Positions 54,776-64,000 of a stretch of DNA of 64,000 nt are shown here, in pieces. Below the pieces are notes generated by a model. It was not told the origin of the DNA and did no database searches. It worked only from the letters and a program-made list of their open reading frames with translations. Source of the DNA: Lama guanicoe (Eukaryota); NCBI GenBank assembly GCA_013239625.1, contig MU053652.1, positions 7,959,027-8,023,026 of the forward strand, written 5' to 3'. The first letter of the stretch is position 1, and the number at the start of each line of letters is the position of its first letter. Position numbers and translations under genes: made by a program.

Positions 54776-55097
54776 GGGGGAGGATATAGCTCAGCGGTGG
54801 AGCATGTGCTTAGCATGCCTGAGGTCCTGGCTTCAATCCCCTGTATCTCCATTAAAAAAATAAAAATAAAAACCTAATTACTCCCTGCACCCCAAATAAA
54901 AGGACCTCATGACCCAGTTAGTACCAAGAGCTCTCCTAAAAATAAAAAAAAAATTTTTTAAAAAGCTTTGTTTGCCATGATGGAAAAGAAATGGAAACTA
55001 TATATATGTATGTATGTGTATGTCTAACGGAACTGCTTTGCTGTACACCTGAAACTAACACTGTAAATCGACTACACTTCAATAAAAAATTAAAATT
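54776..55097 (+). mobile_element. tRNA-derived SINE (vic-1-like) joined to an L1 3' end
   Basis: A box TAGCTCAGCGG 54787-54797, B-box-like GCTTCAATCC, A-rich linker, then L1 3'UTR (gctgtacacctgaaactaac...aataaa); outer repeat aaaacagcaca/aaaacaacaca. Confidence 0.85.
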
Positions 55098-55589
55098 AAA
55101 ACAACACAAACGACAAAGTGGAAAAAAAAGTGTAGAGTATGTCTTTAGCAGTATTCTCTGAGAAAAACTCAGATATAGATTGATTACTGCTGGGTGGTAT
55201 TCAAATTTTATATTATAAAGTACGTTTTAAGTCACTTGCAACTCTGTAGTAAAATTTTTGGCAGGTGAGGAGTCTGTGTTGAAATGTAGATAATATGCCC
55301 TGATTTTCTCCTTAAGGAAATTGGTATTTTTATAGGCCGAAGTGTCTTAAGGCAGGTCTGGCCCCTAAATGACTGAGATGCTAAGAAAGTGGACAAGGCA
55401 CATTTCTCAAATAGAAATGTGCTCCCTGGTGACCTGCTCTTGACGCTCCAAATTTGGCAGCCACTTTGGCTTACTAAAATATTTTGAATATTGGTAAGTA
55501 TTTTGAGAGGGGACTTTGGTACCACTGTGCGGTGGAGGCCGGCTCCTTTACTCGGTCTGCGCCCCCGGGTCTGCCCTTGGGTGACTTAC

Positions 55590-56932
55590 CCGCCGAAGCT
55601 GTTTTATGCTGCTTCCCCGAATAGCTTCCATGAGATTCTCATGAGCTGACCTCTGTGGGGTAGAAGGTCGCGAGTTGTCTTCCACTTTCTTCTCTTGCAC
55701 TGATCTTAGGGAATTTTTAATTTCCTTTAAGATATTTGGCTGTTTCTTAACCTTTTTCCCTTTTTTCTTTTTCTGTCCATTTTGTAGTGCCCGCTGGGCA
55801 CTCTCCTGCTGTTTGATGACTTCTGCGATGTTCCGGGTGATTAGCTTTTTCTCTGGGAGAGGAGGGGGTGGGGGCGGAGGCACAGCAGCGGCGGTGGGGG
55901 CGGCGGCGGCGGCGGCGGGGGCGGAGGAGGAGGAGGAGGGGGCGGCACCACAGGAGACTGAGGACGGCTCCTCACAGTTTGGACTTTCTTGGGGAGTTTG
56001 GGGGATGACCAGGGAGAGTGCCTGGGAGATGCGTAAGGCGAGGAGCCAGGCGTTCGTCTTTGCCAGACTTTGGTCCTAAGATTGGCTCCTCCATCACTCC
56101 CCTCCTGCTGTTTTTGCTCCTGCATCCGCTTCTGCCTCTGTTTATCCATGTTCCTCGTCAGGAGGCTCGTCATGCTCATTCTTGGTCCTGGGAGCTCGAA
56201 ATGGTAGCCCAGCCTCAGCAGCGTGGTGTTCTCCCTCAGCAGCTTGACGATCTCCATCTCCACCTGGCTGCCCATGATGTGCCTCTGGTTGTGGAAGCGC
56301 AGCTCGGTGAGCACGGCGTTGTGCTGCAGGGCCCGCATGATGGCCAGGATGCCCTTGCCCGTGATGAAGTTGGACTCGATGTTCACGCTGGTGATGTGCC
56401 GGTTGACGCGGAGCATTTCCGCGATGGCCGTGGCCGCGCTGTCGTCGGCGTGCGTGTTGGCCAGGCTGAAGGTCTTCACCACCGTGTTGTTCCTGAGGGC
56501 CTCGGCGAAGCGGGCGAGGGTCTGCGACGTGATGTTCTCGATGTTGTTCAGGTTGACCTCCGTGGTGGCGGGGTCGTTGTTTCTCACCCTCTCCAGCGCA
56601 TCCTCGATCACCGTAGGGTTCCCGCAGGGGTGAATGGCTGCCGGGGACTCTGGGCTCCTTCCGCTGTGGCCGTTGGTCAGCTGGATGTTTTCGATTTGAC
56701 TTTTAAATGTCTTTGGCCTGGAGCTGTCAGAATCCACACCGTCATAATGCACAGTTCCGTTAATCCCTTTCTCGTTTGCAGCCGTTCTTCCCTCTTCTTC
56801 GCTGTCCTCTTCCTCGTCGTCCTCCTCGTCGTCCTCCTCCTCCTCTTCCGTATACACCTCCTCGGAAACCTCGCTGTTAGTCTCAGTAAAGACAAGCTCT
56901 TCCTCGCTCTCCTCTTTGTCGTCTTCCGCAAC
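55590..56932 (-). CDS. LMOD2: Leiomodin-2 exon 2 (acidic region, LRR/ABS2, polyproline, WH2), apparent 1-nt frameshift in polyproline tract
   Basis: ctcag|GTTGCG...CGGCGG|gtaagt, 1343 nt; ORFs 55841-56965 and 55548-55883 carry consecutive LMOD2 segments in different frames. Confidence 0.95.
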
Positions 56933-57000
56933 CTGAGGGCGTGGTATCACCAGTAAGTTTGTCATCTTTCAGCACATTTTTAAAGGTACAAAGGTAACAC

Positions 57001-57096
57001 TTGATTTTGCAATATATACACATATCAAATCACCATGTCCGTCTAAAACTAATACAGTGTGATTTGTCAACTGTATCTCAATAAATTTAAAAAAAA
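57001..57096 (+). mobile_element. Short L1 3' end in LMOD2 intron 1
   Basis: tgtcaactgtatctcaataaa plus A tail, gtaacac duplication at 56994-57000 and 57097-57103. Confidence 0.7.
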
Positions 57097-59589
57097 GTAA
57101 CACATAGCAAGTAATACAAAAGTACATAAGGGAAAAAGGTAATCGGCTTCTGATAGCCCTGGTTCAGGTAACCAAGTTTAACATTTCCTTGCATAACCTT
57201 CAGCAGCATTTCTTAAACAAACGTTTCTTTTGTTTTCTGCAAAATAAATCTCCAGAATTCAGTGTAAAAATTTGCTGTTATATTGCCAATGTGAACAAGA
57301 AAGTAGAAACTTCTACTTTGGAAAGCCCTTGATAAACGTTTTATTCTCTTAACTGCTCTGAACTGTTTGACTCCTAGTCGCCTTTTGATTTAGCAAATTC
57401 AACCTCCTCTTAGGGAATCATCCCTCTGTTCTTCCTTATTTCTCCATCCCAAACATACAAATGACAACAAAAATATACAACATGTTAATGAGTTGCCTTT
57501 CTTATTGTTCAAAAATTCTTCGCCAAATTTGCCTCCTATAGCAGATGTCACAAGAACCCAATGCTCCCTGTGCCAACCTGTCTCAGTGGAGAGAGAGGCG
57601 GGGACATCATTTGCCCTTCCATTTGTCTATCTCTGGAGCAGAGCCTGGCGCAGGGTCTGGGAGACCCCACACCACCTGCAAGTTGCTGCTGTCTCTGTCC
57701 CTGCTCTGGGGAAGAAAGCCAAGGGGACCAAGCTGCTGTTCAGGGCAGCAGCAGGTCAAAACCCAGCTCTATGCAGAAACCCATTGAGGTCACAGCTTCC
57801 AGGGAATCCACTTGAAATCTCATGTTATCGTGGGGTCTGTGACAGCAGACGGGTCTGCAAATAGAGACGTAATTGCAGAAGACACAAGGTGGGAAAGATA
57901 ATCCCCCTTGGCACTAACTAGACTAACAGCAGAGAACAGCAGAAAACCTTGAAACAAGCCATTGCCTCCGCCTGGTGGTCTTAAATTATTTACCAGGTAT
58001 CAATTATGAAAGACTTCCAGGCAAACACAATTTCATTCCACCTTTGTCTCTCCTGTTTACAAGACTCTTTGTACCGAGGAGTCAGGTGACCCCTTCTTTC
58101 TCTTCTTCTTGCTATCTTTTCTGATAAAATAAAAATCTGGAAAATGCTGACGGAGTCCTATTTTCCCTAATGCTATCTTTTAGTTCCTTTGTTTTCTCTA
58201 AAGCCCCCAAACCCTCTCTTGTCCCCAAAGCCTTGATTCTTCCCTCTACATTGGAAGCTTTTTTTGACCCTAGTCTCCTGCCGCCCACAGCACGTGGAGT
58301 GAGCTTTGGAAAACACAGCGCTGGTCTCCAGGTTTGTTTGCCCAGTTGCTATCACCAAAATGCCTCCAGTTATTCACTTGTTTGGAGTGGCAGGCACCAA
58401 GTGATGGCCTGGGGAAGGGGTCAGCCGTTCCTGGGATGACTCAGTCTTAATTTACTCACTTCTCAGGAGCAGGAGGAAGAGTGATACTGTGTGTGTGTGT
58501 GTGTTTGTAAGTGTGTGTTTTTAGCTATTTCGGTATTCGGAAGAAAGGGGCCTGTCAAATTCAACGTATACTGCCTTTCATGCCACCATTAAATTGTATC
58601 CTCTTTGGTTTTAAAGAAAAACCTTTAGGCTTTATCTGCAGGAGATGTTTTCTCCTTTAAATGAACCCAGAGAGAAAATATCTGAAACTGTTATCCAGCC
58701 ATGAGTTGTCCTGTACCATCTAAATGACACTTTTCCCCAAAAGCCTTCACTGACACCCCCTCAAATTATCTTTGTGATGTGTTGTGCTTCCTCCAATAAA
58801 GTACCTATTTAACGATTTGTTTGTCATTTTTCCCGGAAGACTGTTACAGGGGTGAGGGCAGGGATCATGTCTGCTTTGTTCACCTCACGCAGTGCTCAGC
58901 ATGTAGCTCAATAAATATTTGTTTACCAAATGGATCTAAATTGATATTGGGTAACAGCCACTAAGAGTCAGGACTGGGCTGGGGGAAAAGTACTGACAGG
59001 GCTGGGTGTGGGTAAGGTGCCCGACTGTTCTGGTTTGCCCAGGACTGAAAAGTCTCCCAGGAAGCAGAACTTTTAGTTCTAAACACTAGAGATAGTCCCA
59101 GACCATCTGAGATGGTCAGTCACTCATGGTGGGGGACACCTAGGAGGAGAAGAGCAGAAGGGAGAAAGGTGTCTAGAGAGGGAGGTGGGGGGTGTAAAGA
59201 CAATCGTTGCCTACTTTCAAAATTATTCTGACATTTGAACTGACTGCATTGTTCCAGGTTCCCTATCTGCCACTGCTTTGGAGTTAACCCAGATCCTCTC
59301 TAGACTGGGGCTGGGAAGGTGGGGATGGGGTGAGGTGTGAGGTCCTAGGGGAGCACTTTAGGGAGAATTCAATCAAGGTGAATGTCGGTACACTTAGGGA
59401 ATAAATAAGGCAGCAAGAAGAGGGTGGCCAACAGCTTCTCATCACCTCCCTGATGAGGCACCATCACATGAAGAAGGAGGCAAGAAGCTTGGTTTTCTGT
59501 TCTGGTTCTGGGTCTACCCATAAAGAGCTGGTTGACTTTAGACAAGTCACTAACCTCTGGAGGGGGTATCAAAGAAAGCAGTTTATAGA

Positions 59590-59768
59590 TGAGTGGTTCT
59601 CAAACGTCAGAGAGTGTCATAATCACCTGGAGGGCTTGTGAGACCACACATTCGGGGCCCGCTCCCAGAGTTCCTGATTCAGCAGGTCTAGGGGAGCCCT
59701 AGAATTAGTAGTTCTAAGAAGTCGCCAAATGATGCTGATGGTCAGGCACCCACATCTTGAGAATCATG
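59590..59768. mobile_element. MER5A DNA transposon
   Basis: agtggttctcaaac...aatcacctggagggctt...ctgattcagcaggtct...ttgagaa. Confidence 0.85.
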
Positions 59769-61624
59769 ACCTTTGTGTCAGTGCAGCTTGGTGTGAATTT
59801 CAGCTATAAGATGATAATCTCAAGTGAGTTTCTTCACTTCTCTTTGTCTCAATTCTCGTGTACGGAAGGTAAGAAATAAGTGAAATAGTGTGAGTGAACT
59901 CACCGGCACCTACACCTGAAACCCAGCAGATATGCAAGCTAGGGGAGCCAGACCCTTGGAGGCTATTAAGTGCAGGAGAAGTTTGTGTGAATCCAGGTGG
60001 GCAGAGGCTGTCTTTCAACAGGTATCGAACATGATTTTCATTAAGTCTTTCAGAGTGGGTAGCCTGATGACAAGACCCCCACCTCCTTCTCATGGTCCAC
60101 ACAGCTCTGCTCTTTACTTCCCTCCCTCCCCACCCTCCCTCCCCCTACAGTCAGCTGCTTTGAGCTTTTCCTGGGGTGGGAATGGATTGACACCTTCCCC
60201 TGGCGAGCTTCTGCCCAGCACTCCTTGTGACTCCAGAGACAGCTGGCCAGCGGGGAAAGTGTGGCAGGAGAAAAGTTAACTAGCTGAGAAAGGAATCGGA
60301 GTTCATCGACCCACAGCCTCTCTAATTGCGCTGATAAGCCATTAGCAGGGATCAGGCATCAGCAAAACCTTTGGCAGGAACAGGTGGGTTTCATCAACAG
60401 CTGACAAGAGGTTTTGCCCTTTGTTTTCCACTGATCTCAAGACATCACGACATTAGAATGCCTTTGTTGGGTTATTGCTACAAGGGTTGTCGGTCCTGGA
60501 CATTATAAGGCAATTTGAATCTTTTTATTAGGGAAAATCTTTAAGGACTGTTCTGAAAATGTCATACTTCATATAGTTTATCAGATTTTGGACACACATT
60601 TCTGCATCAGATTTAAAACAAAAACTTTTAAAATCCTAGTTGTGGAGGAAATGACCAGCCCAAATCCTGGCCTGTCACGTGTATCCTTCCTTCTCACCCA
60701 CACCCCCACCTCCAGCTCCTCGATGCAGGCAGCCACCGTGGCCTTGGCAGACCCTGGCTTGATCCCAGCGGCCCTTCCTGCGATGATTGACATGCACAAA
60801 GCTCACACATACCTTGCTACAAATGTGGCCCACACACTCCATCATCAAGATCATCTCACAGTGCCTAGATCAGTCCTGTGGAAGTCTGCCCACGGGCTTC
60901 AGGCCATTTTGATTTTAGACGATTCCAGTGGAGCACAGAGGTTTTCAACTATTGCTCCTGAACAGTGTTCTGCCACAGATTCAGGGATTTGTTACCTTGA
61001 CACTCTGATTGTCATTACTATCGTCCCAGAGCCTAGTCCTTTGAATTTCTTTCTGTTAAGGATTCATTTGGCAAATTCAAAGTAACTGTTTACTGGGCAG
61101 AGAATAAGAGCTTAACAGACCCGACCTGTAATATTAGCACATTTCCTGGTCTCAAAATCCCCATTATAAAGTAGAAAGGAATCTTAGAGATCATCATGCT
61201 TAAGGGGTCCTTAGGGGGGTTTCAGGATGGGTGCCAGCATTTTGAAATTCTATGTAAATTTTGTGTATGTGTGCAGAAGCACACATGCATTTCCTTAAGG
61301 AGAAGGTCTGTAACTTATCCAAATCTCAAAGGTGTTCTTGATTCACAAAAGAAACACTGGATCCAGATCCTTCCACGGTCAGATGTGAAAGAGAACCTTG
61401 CAGAACTGACTACCTGTTCAAGGTCTTAACAACTTAGGCACAGAGTAGACACTAGGAATAGGGTCCCCGGACTCTCAGTTCCGTATACTTCCCACCACCT
61501 CACACGTCCTGATGTTGGGGGAAAAAACAACTATTTCTGCTATGGCCACCATCACAGTCCAAACAACCAGAGTACCCACTTTTGTCCTTATAGGAGAAGA
61601 GAAATTCACTTAACTGCCATATAC

Positions 61625-61625
<1 letters not shown>

Positions 61626-61660
<35 letters not shown>

Positions 61661-61700
61661 ATATATATATATATTATATATATATAAATCATATATAAAT
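61626..61700. repeat. (TG)n(TA)n compound microsatellite
   Basis: About 15 TG units followed by TA repeats. Confidence 0.9.
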
Positions 61701-62049
61701 CAGGAACAGACATTATGCCACATCCTCAACTTATAACTCAAATTAGACTTATGTTTGGCAGAATATCTAAACCTATGCTTTGCTTGCAAATTATCTGCCT
61801 CTTGAAGATCTCATCTTTGTCATTCACAGGACCCCAGCTAAGAATTTTACATATAATCCATTGGGTGGCCATAAAAGTTAGATGACTATTTCAGCCTGAG
61901 AAAATTTTCAATAGCAGGTACAAATGGGTTATAAGAAAAGAAAAGTGATGAGAACTGAAAAGTTAGAGGAAAAAACAGATTCCTGGGTTTGGGATGGGGG
62001 ATGGGAGTAGCTGGGGTGGGGGGGGGGGGGCAACCAAGAGCCTACCTAC

Positions 62050-62322
62050 CTTTCCACACTCCCCCAGCCTCTCCTTCTCCAAGAGTTTTTGGGACTCCTT
62101 TTCCCAATAGGCCATCAGTGCCTCTCTGCTGAATGTCCCTGTGGGGGTTTTTTCAGTCAGACTCTTTTGCCTCATCCCCACGGGAAGACTGCGATCAGGT
62201 TCAATGTCTTCCAGCTCCCTCTCGAGCTCCTTGAGCTCCTCGGCCGACAGGGAAGCGAGGAGCTCGTCCTCGTCGATGGATTCATATTTGCTAAGTCCTC
62301 TCCTGTAGCCGAAGGTAGACAT
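62050..62322 (-). CDS. LMOD2: Leiomodin-2 exon 1 coding part (tropomyosin-binding site)
   Basis: ATG at 62322; [25 protein letters not shown]...LGECGK|gtaggt, 273 nt. Confidence 0.97.
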
Positions 62323-62419
62323 GGTCCCGCTTTGTCAGCCCCAAAAGAAACTCGAAGAACCAGGCATTCAAGGCAGCCAGCAGCAGGCAGGGAGGGAAGT
62401 GGGCAGGCTGGTCAGCAAC

Positions 62420-62700
62420 TGGTGCTTGCAGTGCCTGCGATAGCCTTTTAAGAGTGGTGATACAGGCTGTGACAATGCAGAGAGGGGTGAAAGCATAGGC
62501 TGTTTTAAGCATCAGACGTCAGCTAGACATTGGAACACAAAGAATGTCACATCGGTGGTGGATGGAGGTCTCGGAACCAGTGGGGATTATGAACACACTG
62601 GCCAGGGACATATTTAGCTGAGCCTGATAATTGCTCATGAGGACAGGGAGAGAGTGCTTCAGATAGGGGGTAAGACAGTTCTGACTTTGTATTCAAACAA
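62420..62700 (-). promoter_or_regulatory. LMOD2 proximal promoter
   Basis: TATA-like TTAAAAG (62445-62451 on -), MCAT-like CATTCT (~62541-62546), GATA motifs TGATAA/AGATAG (~62625-62666), upstream of the ATG exon. Confidence 0.55.
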
Positions 62701-63129
62701 CCGAGAAATAAAATTTATTCTGAAAATGACTTGCTCCCACCCCCACAGTCATGAAAAGATTCTTTCATTCTCATCTTTCAGGATGAGGGACGAGTACATA
62801 TGAGTCTAGTTATTCTGGTTCTCCTAAAAACATACCGTGGGTGGCATATGATGGGAACTGAAGGCTACAATAATATAGAGCCCTTTTCTATTTTCATTGT
62901 GTTTTGCAGTTTACAAAGCACTTTAATGTAATTTTTCTGATCATTAGTCTTGTGAGATGACTAACATTAGCCTCCTTTACAGATTCTGGCAGTCCAGGTT
63001 CTGAGAAATTAAGTGAAAAAACTGAAGCGCAGAAGGAGCTTTCTCCACTTCACAAAATGGCTTTCTTCCCCTCACCCTCTGAGTATTAGTAAACAACTAG
63101 ATTTGGAAATAAAACTCCAGAAAGGTAAG

Positions 63130-63330
63130 TAATAATACTGGGTAGGATTTATTAAGAACTGACACTGTGCCAGCCTAGTGCTAAGCACTTTATACCTTTT
63201 ATATCGTTTAATCCCACAGTCCTGTAAGGTGTATATTTTGCTAGTGCAGATTCAGAGAGGTTAAGTCACTAGCCCAGGACCACACAGCTAAGAAGTGGTG
63301 GAGCTAGAATTTGAACCCAGATTTGTGTCT
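63130..63330 (-). mobile_element. MIR SINE
   Basis: gtgctaagcacttta...cagagaggttaagtcactagccca...gaatttgaacccag. Confidence 0.8.
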
Positions 63331-63529
63331 GGGCTGGAAACTGAAGAGACGCTAACTTGAAATAACATATTATGCCCATATTTTTATGAACGTGATAAAA
63401 TGTGTACATAGTTTACAGGATTTGTTAAGTATGTCATTTTAGCATAGAGATATATAAAAATCTGCTAACGTAATTTATATTTGCTTAGAAATATACATTT
63501 ATCAGTACAAGTATAATATATGATACATT

Positions 63530-64000
63530 CAGCAGTTGGTAAATATTTGGGCTGTTCCCAGGTTTGGGTAATTATGAATAATGCTGCTATGAACCTTTAC
63601 CTGCAAGTCTTTGTGTAACAATGTGTTTTCATTTCTCTTGGGTAGACATGCAGTAGTGGAATTGCTGAATTGTGGGGTAACTTTATATTTAACTTTTCAC
63701 CAAACTGCCTGTTTTCCAATGTGGCTGCACCAGTTTGCTTTCCCACCAGCAATGATCAGAGCTCCAGGTTCTCCACATCCTAAATGCTCATCTTTCTGAT
63801 TATCACTATGTTAGTGGGTGTGAACTAGTATCTATTATAGCATTAAATATTATTCCTCTAATAACTAATGATATTGAACATCATTTCATGTGTTTATTAA
63901 CCATCTTATGTCTATTTTGATAAAATACTTATTCATATCTTATGGTCACTTTTAAATTGAGTTGTAAGAGTTCTTTTAATATTCTGGATTTCATCAGATA
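63530..64000 (-). mobile_element. Old L1M fragment (runs off the window)
   Basis: attatgaataatgctgctatgaac...tttcccaccagcaatg...gttgtaagagttcttt. Confidence 0.85.

Noticed and set aside
54776..54850. tRNA-like sequence with A and B boxes
   Set aside because: Followed by an A-rich SINE body and flanked by a TSD; B box mutated. It is a SINE head, not a tRNA gene.
56018..56956. 312-aa + strand ORF (and 56223-56633, 55675-56079)
   Set aside because: Antisense shadows of GC3-rich LMOD2 exon 2; no independent gene signals.
60588..61085. 165-aa + strand ORF in LMOD2 intron 1
   Set aside because: Non-ATG start, no recognisable domain or splice structure.
61586..61594. CCTTATAGG as an SRF CArG box
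   Set aside because: Only five A/T bases between CC and GG; the consensus needs six.
1..64000. CRISPR arrays, rRNA or prokaryotic operons
   Set aside because: Mammalian intron-exon DNA; no spaced repeat arrays or rRNA similarity seen.

Overview
Mammalian genomic DNA, probably camelid (inferred from a vic-1-type tRNA-derived SINE). Two convergent actin-regulator genes: WASL (N-WASP) coding exons 2-11 plus 3'UTR on + (2383-~39870; exon 1 lies upstream of the window), and the complete 3-exon LMOD2 on - (62322-~54385). Main observations: (1) the ~14 kb gap between the two genes holds about 18 exon-like segments on the - strand, many with compatible splice phases. They encode degenerate PDZ and EF-hand motifs and look like the fossil of a lost multi-exon gene. 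(2) LMOD2 exon 2 is 1 nt short, giving a frameshift in the polyproline tract (assembly error or null allele). (3) A ~6.85 kb decayed near-full-length L1 sits antisense only 26 nt from the last WASL acceptor and supplies part of the branch-point motif. (4) N-WASP has two substitutions in its first WH2 motif. (5) The WASL 3'UTR has clustered miR-142-3p sites. Repeat family names come from recognition of consensus sequences and their boundaries are approximate.
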